A stretch of 64,000 bases of DNA from Alphaproteobacteria bacterium (GCA_964291285.2 OZ219786.1:1088001-1152000); one strand, 5' to 3'; positions 40,376-52,057 are shown, counted from the first letter of the stretch. The notes: generated by a model from the letters alone, not told the origin. Made by a program: numbers and translations.

Positions 40376-41724
40376 CGCTCGTCGATCAGTCTCAGCGGTT
40401 TCTGCCGTTCGCGGATTTGCGTGAGGGCGGCCGTTCCGCCAGGCCCGGCGAGCTCGACTGCGACCTGCACGCCGAGGCCCCGCTTCAGACGTTCGGCCAC
40501 CTCCTCCGCCAGCCTCTCGTCAGGCTTTCGCGTCTCTACCATGACCGCCATTTCCTCGCGCCCGGCGGCCCGGAACACGCGGCAGACATATTCCCCGGTC
40601 AGTGCCGCATGATCTGCGAGAAGCGCCCCGATGGCCGTCGGGTAAACATTGATGCCGCGCAGCTTCACCATATTGTCCGACCGGCCCTCGAAGCCCGACA
40701 TGCGGCGGAAGTTGATGCCGGAGGCCGTGTCCGGCGCGGAGAGCGTCGTCAGATCCTTGGTGTCGAAGCGGACGATGGGATAGATGCCGGTCTTGAAAAG
40801 CACGGTCGCGCAAAGATTGCCGGCATGGCCGTCCTCGACCGGCGCGCCGCTCTCCGGGTCGAGCGCTTCCACGAGGTGCGCATCCTCGAAGATGTGCAGG
40901 CCGCTCCGGCTCGGGCTTTCGGCGGCGATGACGCCGGTATCGCCGACCCCGTACCAGTCGTACACCGCCGCGCCGCCCCAGGCATCGGAAACCGCCTGCC
41001 GGTCGTCGCGGCCGAAATGGCCGAGGACCAGGCGGAGCGGAATCGTCAGGCCCTTCTTCTCAGCGGTTTCGGCGAGGTGGCGGACATAGTCGGCGAACCC
41101 GACCAGCACAGTCGCGCCGAGCCGCGCCATGGTCTCCACCTGCTGCTCGGACGGCATGTCGCGCCCGGTGCCGGCGGGAACCAGCAGCGCGTCCGTGAAA
41201 TGCGTCACCGCCTCGCGGACATAATGGCCGCCATTGACCGTGCCGAAGCCGTAAACGGAGTGAACGACATCGTCGTCCCTGAGCCCCATCAGGCGGTAGG
41301 CGCGGGCCAGCAGCAGGTTCTGGATTTCGCGGTCTTCGGCCCCGTAGAACAAAGGTTGCGGCACGCCCGTAGTGCCCGAAGTCGTATGGAAGACGGCGAA
41401 GGCGTTGGCGGCGTTGCGCCCAGCGAAGGTTCCGAAAGGCGGAGCTTCGGCCACGCTCGCCATCAGGTCGTCCTTGGAGAAGGACGGGACCCGCGGCAGG
41501 TCGTCGAGGCCGGCAATGTCGCCCGGCTCCAGCCCCGCCGCGGTCCACCGGTCGCGATAGAACGGCACCTGCCAGGCGCGTTCCATTACGCGGGCGAAGC
41601 GCCGCTCCTGCAGCGCCCGCAGCGCATCGCGCGAAAGCGCCGCCGGCCCGTCCAGGAACGCCCGGCCCATCGGGTAGTCGCCGAGCATGGCCGCGACATC
41701 GAGCCGGCTGAACAGGCCGCTCAC
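40372..41724 (-). CDS. Phenylacetate-CoA ligase-like adenylating enzyme
   Basis: TTSGTTG, YGVGD, GRSDNMVKLRGINVYP. Confidence 0.85.
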   Translation of the reverse strand: MSGLFSRLDVAAMLGDYPMGRAFLDGPAALSRDALRALQERRFARVMERAWQVPFYRDRWTAAGLEPGDIAGLDDLPRVPSFSKDDLMASVAEAPPFGTFAGRNAANAFAVFHTTSGTTGVPQPLFYGAEDREIQNLLLARAYRLMGLRDDDVVHSVYGFGTVNGGHYVREAVTHFTDALLVPAGTGRDMPSEQQVETMARLGATVLVGFADYVRHLAETAEKKGLTIPLRLVLGHFGRDDRQAVSDAWGGAAVYDWYGVGDTGVIAAESPSRSGLHIFEDAHLVEALDPESGAPVEDGHAGNLCATVLFKTGIYPIVRFDTKDLTTLSAPDTASGINFRRMSGFEGRSDNMVKLRGINVYPTAIGALLADHAALTGEYVCRVFRAAGREEMAVMVETRKPDERLAEEVAERLKRGLGVQVAVELAGPGGTAALTQIRERQKPLRLIDER

Positions 41725-42581
41725 GGCAGGCAGTCCGCTATGTCCCGCCTGAGCGCCACCCAGACGCCTTCGTGCCCCTCGGCATGGTCGAGGAAGCGCT
41801 CCAGCCAGCCGATGCGGCCGGGGCGCCCGATGATCCGCAGATGCACGCCGAGGCTCATCATTTTCGGCGCCCCCTCGACGCCCTCCCGGTAAAGCCGGTC
41901 GAAGCTCTCCCGCGAATAGTCGAACCATTGCGCCGGCGTATAGGCGGGGTCGGTCCACATCTTCATGTCGTTGGTATCGAGCGCATAGGGCACGACCGCA
42001 ATCCGGCCCGCGGGTTCTTCGTGCCAGAAAGGCAGGTCGTCCGAATAGTCGTCCATGTGGTAGGCGAAGCCTTCCTCGATCAGCAGCCGCCTCGTGTTGT
42101 CGGTGAGCAGATAGCGCGAGAGCCAGCCGCTCGGGCGCGCGCCGGTCGTCCGCTCGATCGAGGCGGCGGCGTCCCTTATGAAGGCGCGCTCCTGCTCCTC
42201 CTCCATGCGGAACTGGTGAACCCAGCGATGCCCGTGCGCGCAGACCTCATGCCCGCCCGCCGTAATCCGCGCGGCGAGATCCGGCGCACGCTCCAGCGCC
42301 ACCGCCGCTGCGGTGAAGGTCGCCTTCAGCCCGCGCTCTTCCAGCAGCCGCATAACCCTGGGCGCACCTGCCCTGATGCCGTAGGCGTAGTTGCTTTCGT
42401 TGCCGTAATTGCGGACCGCGCGCCTCGGGCTGGCGCCCAGCTCGTCTACGGGCTCCGGGAAGGGGTCGCCATCGTCGATGCGGGCCTCCGCGCCCTCCTC
42501 GACATTCACCACCAGGGAGAGCGCGATCCGTGCCCCGCCGGGCCAGGGCGCCCGGCGCCACTCGCTGTCGTTCATTCCCAT
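41721..42581 (-). CDS. Polysaccharide deacetylase family (PuuE-like)
   Basis: VVNVEEG, HEVCAHGHRW, DDLPFW, GVHLRIIGRPGR. Confidence 0.82.
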   Translation of the reverse strand: MGMNDSEWRRAPWPGGARIALSLVVNVEEGAEARIDDGDPFPEPVDELGASPRRAVRNYGNESNYAYGIRAGAPRVMRLLEERGLKATFTAAAVALERAPDLAARITAGGHEVCAHGHRWVHQFRMEEEQERAFIRDAAASIERTTGARPSGWLSRYLLTDNTRRLLIEEGFAYHMDDYSDDLPFWHEEPAGRIAVVPYALDTNDMKMWTDPAYTPAQWFDYSRESFDRLYREGVEGAPKMMSLGVHLRIIGRPGRIGWLERFLDHAEGHEGVWVALRRDIADCLP

Positions 42582-42669
42582 TGCCTCTCCGCCGCCCTCG
42601 CTTCCCGCGCCGGCCGTGCTAGGTTTCCGCTGGCGCGATGCCCGCGCAGCATAGAATAAATCGTCCCCG

Positions 42670-43737
42670 ATGGCCGAAGTTCCCCTCAAGAAGCGCCGCA
42701 GGCCTTACACCTACCTGCTGTTGGCCCTGCCGGTGGCGGTGATCGCCGTCGGCGTCAACGAGGCGATCCACTGGTGGCACAATGTCTATGAGCCGGACGC
42801 CCGGGTTGCGGCGGACTTCACCCTGCTCTCCTCCAGCGTCAATGCCCGCGTCGCGGCGATCCGCGTCCGGAAGGGTGACGTCGTCGAGAAGGGCGCGCCG
42901 CTCGCCGACATGGACGATGTCGTCGCCGGGCTCGACCTCCGCGCGCTTGAAGCGGAGCTGGAAAAGCAGAAGGCCCAGCGCGGCCAGGTGGAAGCGGAAC
43001 TCACGCTCTTCAAGGCGGAGCTGGCCGACAAGATCGCCACCGTCGAGGAGACCGTCCGGCTTCTGCGCCTTGAGCTGGCAACGCTGGAGCGCCGCAAGCA
43101 GATCGCGGAGGACAATCTCAAGCGGAACAGGAGACTCGGCCGCGATGTCGTGCCGCAAAGGCGGATCGACGAGGCGCGCGACGAGCTGCTGGAAATGGAG
43201 AGCAAGCTGCGGGATATCCAGACCCGAATCGCCATGAACCTGCGGGAAGCCGCAGAACTCGCCGGCACCGCCGGGCGGGAACGCCTCTTCCAGACCCGGC
43301 TTGCCGTCATCGACCGGGACATCGACAGGACCGCCGTCGAAGTCGAACAGGCGCGCCGCCGGCTGGAGGACATGCATATCCGCGCCCCGGTCCGCGCCGT
43401 CATCGACGAAGTCCATGTCAATCCGGGAGCCTATGTCGAGGACGGCGACCCGGTATTCCTTATCCACGCGCCCGACCGGGTCTGGATCGAGGCCGATATA
43501 GACGAGTCCGACATCCGCCATATAGAGCCCGGCCAGCCGGTCGCCATCGACTTCGACGCCTGGCCCGACGAGACGCTTGAGGGCCGCGTGCGGGCGATCG
43601 GGCGCACGACCGTCAATGGAAACGAGGCGAACGGCCGCAGCGGCGCGCGCAAGATCCCGGTATTCATCGACATTCCGCCGGTGGAGAAGACCGTCTGGCC
43701 GGGAATGCGCGCCACGGTCAACATCCGCATACGCTGA
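42670..43737 (+). CDS. HlyD/EmrA-family membrane fusion protein
   Basis: N-terminal TM, GDVVEKG lipoyl half, coiled coil, IRAPV, PGM. Confidence 0.85.
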   Translation: MAEVPLKKRRRPYTYLLLALPVAVIAVGVNEAIHWWHNVYEPDARVAADFTLLSSSVNARVAAIRVRKGDVVEKGAPLADMDDVVAGLDLRALEAELEKQKAQRGQVEAELTLFKAELADKIATVEETVRLLRLELATLERRKQIAEDNLKRNRRLGRDVVPQRRIDEARDELLEMESKLRDIQTRIAMNLREAAELAGTAGRERLFQTRLAVIDRDIDRTAVEVEQARRRLEDMHIRAPVRAVIDEVHVNPGAYVEDGDPVFLIHAPDRVWIEADIDESDIRHIEPGQPVAIDFDAWPDETLEGRVRAIGRTTVNGNEANGRSGARKIPVFIDIPPVEKTVWPGMRATVNIRIR

Positions 43738-45098
43738 TGGACCTCGCGCGCTTCAGTCCGCGCACGATCATGGCGGCGGCGACCGTGGCCATGCTGGTCC
43801 AGCAGGCCTTCTCCTATGTCTGCCAGATCGCGCTGCCGATCCTGGCCGACCGGATCGCCGAGGACTTCGGCATCTCGAGGGCCTGGCTCGGCTTCTACCT
43901 CTTCCTCCAGAATGTGGCCGCGATCATTGCGGCGGTCGGTTGCGGCGGCTTCATCCTGCGCTACGGGCCGCTCCGGGTAAGCCAGGTGGCCCTGCTGCTG
44001 ATGGGGTCGAGCCTTCTGGTGACGGCGTCGGCGCAACTGTGGCTGTTTCCGCTGGGCGCGCTGCTGCTGGGAGCCGCCTCCGTCTCGACGCCCGCAAGTT
44101 CGCACATCCTGGCGCGGGTGACGCCGCTGCGCCTCGCACCGCTGATCTTCTCGATCAAGCAGACGGGGGTGCCCGTCGGCGCGCTTATCGGCGGCCTGCT
44201 GGTGCCTTTCCTGCTGGCGCTGACCTTCTACTCGGACACGCTCGGCATATCGGTCCGGCTCGGACCTTACGGCGCCTCCTTCGTCACCTGCCTGGTCGTC
44301 TTCGCCGTTATGGTCTCGCTGGAGCCGGTGCGGAGCTTCTTCGACGCCGACCGGCGGCCCGACATGAAGATCGCGTTCGGCGACCTGCCGGCAACGCTCA
44401 GGACGGTGCTGGCGATCCGCCCGCTGCGCGACCTGTCATTCGCGGCCTTCGCCTTCGGCGGCCTGCAATCGCTCTTCTCCGGCTTCTTCATCCTCTTCCT
44501 CATCGACGGGCTGGATTACTCCGAGGCCCAGGCCGGCTCCGCCTTCGCCATCGCGTCCTTCTCCGCCGTCTGGGCGCGCATCCTCTGGGGCGCTCTCGGG
44601 GGCGCCGCCGTGTCGCCGCGCATTATCATGGCCGGCATCGGGCTCGTGGCCGGCCTCTCGGCAGTGGCGATCGCGCTCTACGACGTCAACTGGACCTTCT
44701 GGGAAATCACCGCCGTCGCCGTCGTCTTCAACATGACGGCGCTAAGCTGGCACGGCATCCTGCTGGCGGAGACCGCGCGGCTCGCGCCGGAAGGCCAGGT
44801 CGGCGGCGTCACCGGCGGCGTGCTGGCGTTCACCTCCATCGCCATGATGATCTATCCGGCGCTTTACGGCGGCCTGCTCGCCTGGACAGGCTCCTATGGC
44901 ATCGGCTTCATCCTGGGCGCGGTCCCCTCCTTCGCCGCCTTCGTCATCTTCGTCAATCCGCCGGTGGACGGCGCGTGGACCGGCCTTGCCGCACGGTTCG
45001 GCCGCCAGCTCCTCTCAAGGCGCGCGCTCGCCCGCGCCGGGGCCGTGACCGCGCTCGGCTCCGCACTTGGCGTCGCGCTCAACGCGGCGGGCTGGTAA
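43737..45098 (+). CDS. MFS transporter
   Basis: Multi-TM, FSIKQTGVP motif; TGATG coupling to the HlyD gene. Confidence 0.8.
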   Translation: MDLARFSPRTIMAAATVAMLVQQAFSYVCQIALPILADRIAEDFGISRAWLGFYLFLQNVAAIIAAVGCGGFILRYGPLRVSQVALLLMGSSLLVTASAQLWLFPLGALLLGAASVSTPASSHILARVTPLRLAPLIFSIKQTGVPVGALIGGLLVPFLLALTFYSDTLGISVRLGPYGASFVTCLVVFAVMVSLEPVRSFFDADRRPDMKIAFGDLPATLRTVLAIRPLRDLSFAAFAFGGLQSLFSGFFILFLIDGLDYSEAQAGSAFAIASFSAVWARILWGALGGAAVSPRIIMAGIGLVAGLSAVAIALYDVNWTFWEITAVAVVFNMTALSWHGILLAETARLAPEGQVGGVTGGVLAFTSIAMMIYPALYGGLLAWTGSYGIGFILGAVPSFAAFVIFVNPPVDGAWTGLAARFGRQLLSRRALARAGAVTALGSALGVALNAAGW

Positions 45099-45891
45099 CG
45101 CGGTCGAGGAAGGACAGCAGCGGCGCGTTGAAAGCCTCCGGCGCCTCGACATTCGAGAAATGGCGCAGCCCCGGCAGCATGACCAGCTCGGCCCCGGAAA
45201 TACCGTCGCGGAGCTCCTCCGCGCGCGCGGGCGGCGTCACCGGGTCGTCGCCCGCGCCCAGCACCAGGACCGGGCAGGAGATCCGGTCCAGCCGGTCCAG
45301 ATAGTCGAGCTCGGCGACGGCCGAGGTGCCCGCCAGATAGCCGGTAATGTCCGTCGCGTTGAAGACATCGCGAATGGCCGCGTAGTCCGGCCCGGCGGCG
45401 TCCGCATAGTCGTCGGAGAACCAGAGTTTGTGGGTCATGTCCCACACCGGCGCCATGCCCGACGCGCGCACGACCGCCTGGCGCTCGACCACCCACCGGC
45501 GGTACCAGGGCGTCGCGCGCGCCATCGTGTTGCAGAGCGCGGCGGCGCGCACGCGGTCGGGATGCCCGATGGCGACGCCCTGAGCGATCATGCCGCCGGT
45601 GGAAATGCCGACGAATGTCACCTGCCCGATCCCGAGCGCGTCCATGACGCCCACGGCATCGGCGACGAAGCCGTCCAGCGAATAGGGCCCTTCCGGGGCA
45701 GCGCTGGCGCCGTGGCCGCGCCAGTCGTAGAGCAGCAGCCGGTAGCGGCCGGAAAGCGCCGGCGCCTGCCGGTCCCATATGCGGTGGCTGGTGCCCATGG
45801 CGTGCGCCATCATCACGACGGGGCCGTCCACCGGTCCTTCCCAGCGATAGAAGAAGCGGTTCCCGCCGGTCTCGACATACCCCTCCGTCAC
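45079..45891 (-). CDS. Alpha/beta hydrolase (PcaD-like)
   Basis: YDWRGHG, GISTGG, GDDP, H.SNVE. Confidence 0.82.
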   Translation of the reverse strand: MTEGYVETGGNRFFYRWEGPVDGPVVMMAHAMGTSHRIWDRQAPALSGRYRLLLYDWRGHGASAAPEGPYSLDGFVADAVGVMDALGIGQVTFVGISTGGMIAQGVAIGHPDRVRAAALCNTMARATPWYRRWVVERQAVVRASGMAPVWDMTHKLWFSDDYADAAGPDYAAIRDVFNATDITGYLAGTSAVAELDYLDRLDRISCPVLVLGAGDDPVTPPARAEELRDGISGAELVMLPGLRHFSNVEAPEAFNAPLLSFLDRVTSPPR

Positions 45892-47003
45892 CGGTCGATC
45901 CTGTAGGCTTCGACTCTGTCCGGGTCGAGGCGGATGCCGAAGCCTGGCCGGTCCGGCACATGCAGGCGGCCGTCCCTGAGTTCGGGCGGGTCGAGCCACA
46001 TGCCGGGCCAGATCGGGTCGCGCTCCGGATCCGCAAAGCACTCGACAGCAAAGCTGTTGGAGGCGCCGGCCAGCAGGTGGAGCGCGATCTGCGGCTCCTC
46101 ATGGTGGGTCATCCGCACATCGTGCAGCCGGCAGACCGCAGCCGCATCCAGCCACGCCGTCGGCCCGCCCGCTTCCGAAGCGTCGATATTGACCATATCG
46201 ACGGCCCCCGCCTCCACCAGCCGGCGCGCGCCGTGCGCGGTGATTTCGCTCTGGCCGGCATTGACGGGAATGGACGTCTTGTTGCGCAGGGCCGCCATTG
46301 CCGACACGTCGTCGAACCAGTGGCACGGTTCCTCGAACCAGGCGATGTCGAGCGGCTCCACCAGCCGCGCAAAGCGTTCGGCATCGCGCAGGTCCCAGCC
46401 CCGGTTCGCGTCCACTGCCAGCATGAAGTCCGGTCCGGCGCCCTCCCGGCAGACCGTCACGCGCTCCGCGTCCTCCTCGGGCGAAAGGCCGCCCACCTTC
46501 ACCTTGCAGCCCGCCATGCCCCATTCCTGCAACTGGCGCATTTCCCGGCCCAGATCGTCCAGCGTCTTGCCCTCCTCGTAGTAGCCTCCGATGGAGAAGA
46601 TCGGGAGCGAGTCGCGCGCGCCGCCCATCAGGCGCGCGACGCTGACGCCGTAGATGCGCCCAAGGCCGTCCCAGACCGCGCTGTCCACGCAGGCAATCGC
46701 CTCCAGCAGCAGCTTGGGAGCCATGGCCGCGCCGGGCACGCGGGCGAACATCCCGTCATAGTGCCGGCGCCAGTCGCGCAGGTCCCTGCCCACCACCAGC
46801 GGCGCCAGGACGTCTTCCACCAGCCGCGCGACCTCGCGGCCTTCGGAGCGGTTGTCGCCGTTATAGACTTCCGCAGTCGGTCCGTCCCTGACCGTCAGCC
46901 GGGTGACGACCGTGCAGCGGGTCGGCACTGCATAGGTGCTGCCGCCGAAGACCCGCGACAGCGGAATTTCTATCGGTATCGCTTCGATTCGCTCGACGAT
47001 CAT
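45888..47003 (-). CDS. Mandelate racemase/muconate lactonizing enzyme family
   Basis: KVKVG, VDANRGW, WFEEP, GQSE. Confidence 0.88.
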   Translation of the reverse strand: MIVERIEAIPIEIPLSRVFGGSTYAVPTRCTVVTRLTVRDGPTAEVYNGDNRSEGREVARLVEDVLAPLVVGRDLRDWRRHYDGMFARVPGAAMAPKLLLEAIACVDSAVWDGLGRIYGVSVARLMGGARDSLPIFSIGGYYEEGKTLDDLGREMRQLQEWGMAGCKVKVGGLSPEEDAERVTVCREGAGPDFMLAVDANRGWDLRDAERFARLVEPLDIAWFEEPCHWFDDVSAMAALRNKTSIPVNAGQSEITAHGARRLVEAGAVDMVNIDASEAGGPTAWLDAAAVCRLHDVRMTHHEEPQIALHLLAGASNSFAVECFADPERDPIWPGMWLDPPELRDGRLHVPDRPGFGIRLDPDRVEAYRIDR

Positions 47004-47074
47004 GCAGGCCGCCTCCGGCAGACAGGGAACGGAGCGGAGTTTGCAAGCTTGCATCCCCCCTGTCTAATGGCCGC

Positions 47075-48370
47075 ATGAGCGGGGCGGCCAAAGCGGGGAT
47101 CGATCTGGGGACCTGCTACCGGTTTTTCATTCCGCTCATCTTCATGACCGAACTCAACATGATCTCGAAATCGGTCATCAATGCGTTCCTCGCGCGAATG
47201 GACGACAGCAGCATCGTGCTGGCGGCCTTCCACAGCGCCTTCACGCTCTACTACTCGATCGCCAGCGGCACCGAGGTCTGCTCCCTCCTGACGCTCTCCT
47301 ACATGCGCACCCGCCGGGCCCTCGGCCACCTGCTGCGGTTCATGGTCGTCATTGTCGCGATTCCCTGGGCCGTGGCACAATTGCTGGCTTTCACGCCGCT
47401 CGGCGACCTCGCATTCCGGATATTGTTCGGCATCAGCGACGCCGCGGTCGCCGAGGCGAAGACGGCAACCTTCCTGCTGTCGTTGAGCGCGCCGATCCTG
47501 ATTTGCCGGTCGATCGCCTTCGGCCTGCTGATGATCGGCCAGAAAACGATCTTCATCACCTGGGCGACGGTCGCGCGGCTGGGTTCGCTCGCCGGCTCGC
47601 TCGTCGTGCTGCCGCTCGTGCTGGAAGGCGCCGCGGTCGGCGCCGGAGCGCTGGTCTTCGCCATGTTCAGCGAGACAGTCGTCGCCGTCTTCTTCGCCCG
47701 GCGCATCTATGCCGGCCTGCCCGAGCACGGCGAACGGCCGCCGAGCGTCAGGGCGCAATGGCGGTTTTCCTGGCCGCTCATGCTGAACTCCTCGGCCGAG
47801 ATGGGCATGGTCTTCGCCATCAGCGTGTTTCTCGGCCGCCTTCCCGATCCCGACCTGGCGCTCGCCGCATTCGCAATCGTGTACGGTCTGGCGGGTCTGA
47901 TGCTGAGCCCGCTGCGCAACCTTGTGCAGAGCGCCCAGACGCTTGTGCGCCACGCGGACGACCGGCGGGTGATCCTGAAATTCGCCGGGCAGCAGATGCT
48001 GTTCTTCGGGGCCGTGGCCGTGGTCCTGTTTCACACGCCGCTGGACCGCCTGGTGCTTTCCGAAGCCATGGGCCTCGAACCGGTGCTCGAGGCTTATTGC
48101 GCGCCAGCCATGCATATCGCCTTCGTCATGGCCGCCTTCTGGGGCCTGTCTGCTGTCTTCCGCGGCCTTCTGGCGGGTGCGAGGGTCACGCGCGCACTCG
48201 CTGTATCGGGCGTCGCCCGCGTGGCCGCCGCGGCACTCGTCGCAGCAGCGGGGCTTCTGATGCCCGGTGGCAACGGCGCCGTCATCGGCCTTGCCGCCTG
48301 GATGGCTGGCTATGGCGCGGAGGCCGCCATTCTGGCGCTCCGGGTGCGCCGGCTCGGACCGCCGGGCTAG
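47075..48370 (+). CDS. MATE/MOP-like membrane protein
   Basis: Two-repeat multi-TM architecture (FFIPL / FSWPL). Confidence 0.55.
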   Translation: MSGAAKAGIDLGTCYRFFIPLIFMTELNMISKSVINAFLARMDDSSIVLAAFHSAFTLYYSIASGTEVCSLLTLSYMRTRRALGHLLRFMVVIVAIPWAVAQLLAFTPLGDLAFRILFGISDAAVAEAKTATFLLSLSAPILICRSIAFGLLMIGQKTIFITWATVARLGSLAGSLVVLPLVLEGAAVGAGALVFAMFSETVVAVFFARRIYAGLPEHGERPPSVRAQWRFSWPLMLNSSAEMGMVFAISVFLGRLPDPDLALAAFAIVYGLAGLMLSPLRNLVQSAQTLVRHADDRRVILKFAGQQMLFFGAVAVVLFHTPLDRLVLSEAMGLEPVLEAYCAPAMHIAFVMAAFWGLSAVFRGLLAGARVTRALAVSGVARVAAAALVAAAGLLMPGGNGAVIGLAAWMAGYGAEAAILALRVRRLGPPG

Positions 48371-48494
48371 ATGTGGAGCGTAGTCGGCACCGATGGTGCC
48401 GCCTTCCGGTGCGGGCCGGAAACCGCCGCCCCGGCAGGCGGCCGCTATCCGCATCCCGGCCTCGCACCCGCCGCCGGAACGGGAACACCCATCG

Positions 48495-49050
48495 AACATG
48501 TCATCAGATGTCATGTTTTGTCATGCGGGCCCGGCAGGACACCCTGCAATGTGTCATGAGATGTCATGATCTGCATGCGCACGGTGCATATCCCGTAGCC
48601 TGTTCGGGCATGAGCTCCGGCCCTCCTTCACTCTCCTTCACTTGTGAGGGAGACCCTCTCTCGATCCGGCAAGGTCTTTTCGAGCCGCACGGCCGCTGGC
48701 CCTCTCCCGGCCTCTCCTGGAGGCGGGAGAGGCGAGTTCGAGCGTCCTGCCGACTTTCTCGAAGCCGCATCCGTCAGCGCCCCGCATATTGTTCCCTCAT
48801 TCCGTTTCGTTCCACTCCGTTCCGTTCTTCCCGCCGTCCGGTTGCCGAAGCGGCAGGACCCTGATTCGCGCATATCCTGCGCGGGCGCGCCCGCGTGGCC
48901 GCCGGCGTGCGTTTCTCAGGGGTTTTTTCACGCCGGCGCGACAGGCGAAACGAAACGGCTTCGCGAATGCCGCTTCCTTCCTCCTGCTACCTATAATAAT
49001 ACAATTTTCCTTAGATCAATTCATTATGAGAAATATTACCAAAAAATCAG
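48495..49050 (-). repeat. CATGACA-terminated element, copy C
   Basis: TGTCATCAGATGTCATGTTTTGTCATG near 48500; mini-ORF 48564-48611 MPEQATGYAPCACRS with AAGGAGG; GACCCTGATTCGCGCATATC at 48857; TTGATC-N15-TATTAT-AGG at 48990-49019. Confidence 0.72.
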
Positions 49051-49227
49051 GAATTGAGATCCGGCTTCATTGCGCGATTCAATCTGCAAGGCTCGAATGC
49101 AGGGCCCAGCCTCCGTTCCAGCGGCAGCTTCAGCGGTTGAGCCTGCTCTCCACCGGCTGCGGCAGTGGCGCGAGTCAGGGCCGGACCCCGATCAAGTCCG
49201 GGGCGACGAGCGCTTGCGCCGGCCGCC

Positions 49228-51108
49228 CTATCCCTCCGGGTGGAAGTGGTCGTAGAGGCGTTTTGCGACCGTCTTCGAGATGCCCGGCACGGCCAGCAGG
49301 TCCTCGAAGCCCGCGCCCTCGACGCCGCGCGCGGAGCCGAAATGGTGCAGGAGGGCCCGTTTCCGCGCCGCGCCGATGCCGGCCACCTCGTCCAGCGGCG
49401 ACTGCCGGACGGCCTTCGCGCGCCGGGCGCGGTGGGTGCCGATGGCAAAACGGTGCGCCTCGTCGCGCAGGCGCTGCAGGAAATGCAGCGCGGGGTCGTG
49501 CTCCGGCAGCGAGAAGGGCGGCTTCTCCGCGGTGAAGAAGCGCTCGCGCCCGGCATTGCGGTCCGGCCCCTTGGCGATGGCGGCGAGCGGCAGGTCCTCG
49601 ATGCCGAGCTCGGCGAGCACGCTCTGCGCGGAGGAAAGCTGGCCCGCGCCGCCGTCGATCAGCACGAGGTCCGGCCATGAGCCGCCGGCGCGCTCCGGGT
49701 CCTCCTTCAGCGCGCGCGAGAAGCGCCGGCGGAGCACCTCGCGCATCATGGCGAAATCGTCGCCGGGCGCGGCGTCGCCCTTGATGTTGAACTTGCGGTA
49801 GGCGTTGCGGACGAGGCCTTCCGGTCCGGCGACGATCATGCCGCCGACCGCGTTCCGGCCCTGGATATGGCTGTTGTCATAGACCTCGATCCGCTCCGGC
49901 GGGCCTTCGAGGTCGAAGAGCCCGGCCACGCGCCCGAGCAGGTCGCGCTGGGTCGCGTTCTCGGCCGAGCGGCGGGTGAGCGCGTCGCGGGCGTTGGCGA
50001 GCGCATGGTCGACCAGCTTGCGCTTGGCCCCGCGCATCGGCCAGCGCAGATCGATGCGGCGGCCCGCCTTGAGGCTCAGCGCCTCGGCGAGCAGCGCGTC
50101 TTCTGCCGGGCGCGCGCTCAGCAGGATGCGGCGCGGCGGCGGCTTGTTGGAGTAGAACTGCCCGACGAACGCCGCGAGGAACTGGGGCGGGTCGTAGTGG
50201 CGGCTGCCGGTCGGGAAGTAGGCGCGGTTGCCGAAATTCTGCCCGGCGCGGAAGAAGAACACCTGGATGCAGGCCTGCCCGCCGTCGAAATGGGCCGCGA
50301 TCACGTCCGCGTCTCCGACCCCCTCCACATTGATGTCCTGGTGCGCCTGCACGCGGGTCAGCGCCCGGATGCGGTCCCGGTAGAGCGCCGCCGTCTCGAA
50401 CTCCAGCGCGTCGCTCGCCGCCTGCATCCGCTCCGAGAACGCCTGCTGGACGGACTGGCTCCGGCCGGAGAGGAAAGCGCGCGCCTCGGCGATGGCCGCC
50501 TCGTAGTCCTCCGGCGACACGCGCCCGACGCAGGGCGCCGAGCAGCGCTTGATCTGGTAGAGCAGGCAGGGCCGGGTGCGGCTGCGGAACACGGCGTCGG
50601 AACAGGACCTGAGCAGGAAGGCGCGCTGGAGCGCTGTCAGGGTCCGGTTCACCGCGCCCGCCGAGGCGAACGGGCCGAAATACTCCCCCGGCCGCGAGCG
50701 CGCGCCCCGGTGCTTGAGGATGCGCGGCCATTCGTGGTCCCGCGCGATCAGGATATGCGGGAAGCTCTTGTCGTCCCGCAGCAGCACATTGTAGCGGGGG
50801 CGCAACTCCTTGATGAGATTGATCTCCAGGAGCAGCGCCTCGACCTCCGTGTGCGTGGTCACCACCTCCATGGAGGCGGTCTCGGAGATCATGCGGCGGA
50901 TGCGGTAGGGCTGGTTGTCGGGCCGGACATAGGCCGTGACGCGCCGGCGCAGCGACCGCGCCTTGCCGACATAGAGCACCTGCCCGCGCCGGTCGATCAT
51001 GCGGTAGACGCCGGGCGTGAGCGGCATGACGCGCAGATGCCGGCGGATGGCCTCTACGCCTCCGGCCAGCCGCTGCGGAGCCTCCGGTTCGCTCTGTTCT
51101 TCCGCCAT
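49228..51108 (-). CDS. uvrC: Excinuclease ABC subunit C
   Basis: [38 protein letters not shown], HhH. Confidence 0.97.
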   Translation of the reverse strand: MAEEQSEPEAPQRLAGGVEAIRRHLRVMPLTPGVYRMIDRRGQVLYVGKARSLRRRVTAYVRPDNQPYRIRRMISETASMEVVTTHTEVEALLLEINLIKELRPRYNVLLRDDKSFPHILIARDHEWPRILKHRGARSRPGEYFGPFASAGAVNRTLTALQRAFLLRSCSDAVFRSRTRPCLLYQIKRCSAPCVGRVSPEDYEAAIAEARAFLSGRSQSVQQAFSERMQAASDALEFETAALYRDRIRALTRVQAHQDINVEGVGDADVIAAHFDGGQACIQVFFFRAGQNFGNRAYFPTGSRHYDPPQFLAAFVGQFYSNKPPPRRILLSARPAEDALLAEALSLKAGRRIDLRWPMRGAKRKLVDHALANARDALTRRSAENATQRDLLGRVAGLFDLEGPPERIEVYDNSHIQGRNAVGGMIVAGPEGLVRNAYRKFNIKGDAAPGDDFAMMREVLRRRFSRALKEDPERAGGSWPDLVLIDGGAGQLSSAQSVLAELGIEDLPLAAIAKGPDRNAGRERFFTAEKPPFSLPEHDPALHFLQRLRDEAHRFAIGTHRARRAKAVRQSPLDEVAGIGAARKRALLHHFGSARGVEGAGFEDLLAVPGISKTVAKRLYDHFHPEG

Positions 51109-51112
51109 GCGC

Positions 51113-52057
51113 CTATCCCGCGCCGGCCGACGGTCCATACTCGACGAGAACATAGGCGGCATAGACCGCCAGGAACAGGAGGCCCGCCGGACGCCCGAAC
51201 CGGCCCCGGAACATCAGCCAGGAGACGAGCGCAACCGTCGCGGCCAGCATCACCCACACGGCGATGTCGAGCAGATGCCCCGGAATGTCGAGCGGGTGGA
51301 CGGTCGCGACCACGCCGCCAATGGCCAGCAGGTTGAAGATATTGGCGCCCAGCACGTTGCCCACCGCAACCTCGGGATGGCGGCGATAGGCGGAGACGAC
51401 CGCCGTGGCGAGCTCCGGCAGCGAGGTGCCGACGGCAACCACGGTGACGCCGATCACGGCTTCCGAAACGCCGATCACGCGGGCGAGGCCGATGGCGCCC
51501 TCGACCAGCAGGTTCGAGCCCGCAATGACGCAGCCGAGGCCGATGGCGAGCGTGCCGAGCACCATCCAGAGCGGCTTGTCCGTCGCCGTCTCCTCCACCT
51601 CGGGCGCGCCGTGGCCGCTCCGGGCGCGCCGGTAGGAGACCACGGTGAACGCTGCGAGGCACACCAGCAGCAGCACCCCGTCGAACAGGCTCAGGCTGCC
51701 GGTCAATGCGAGCCCAAGAAACAGGAGCGTCACACCCATGACCACGCAGCCCTCGAAGCGGACTTCGCGCGGCTCCACCGCCAGCGGATAGACGCAGGCC
51801 GCCGCGCCCAGGATCAGGAGCAGGTTGCAGATATTGCTGCCGACGATGTTGCCGATGGCGATGCCCGGCGCGCCACGGAACGCCGCCTCGAGGCTCACGA
51901 ACAGCTCCGGCATGGTCGTGCAATAGGCGACCACGGTAAGCCCGACGATCAGCGGCGAGACCCCCAGCCGGGCCGCAAGCTGCACCGCGCCCCGCACCAG
52001 GAATTCCGCCCCGCCGAGGAGAAGCACGAAGCCGCCGAGCAGTTGAAGGTAGATCAT
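51113..52057 (-). CDS. Ca2+/Na+ antiporter (YrbG-like)
   Basis: TTMPE / GTSLPE repeats, GNIVGSNI. Confidence 0.9.
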   Translation of the reverse strand: MIYLQLLGGFVLLLGGAEFLVRGAVQLAARLGVSPLIVGLTVVAYCTTMPELFVSLEAAFRGAPGIAIGNIVGSNICNLLLILGAAACVYPLAVEPREVRFEGCVVMGVTLLFLGLALTGSLSLFDGVLLLVCLAAFTVVSYRRARSGHGAPEVEETATDKPLWMVLGTLAIGLGCVIAGSNLLVEGAIGLARVIGVSEAVIGVTVVAVGTSLPELATAVVSAYRRHPEVAVGNVLGANIFNLLAIGGVVATVHPLDIPGHLLDIAVWVMLAATVALVSWLMFRGRFGRPAGLLFLAVYAAYVLVEYGPSAGAG

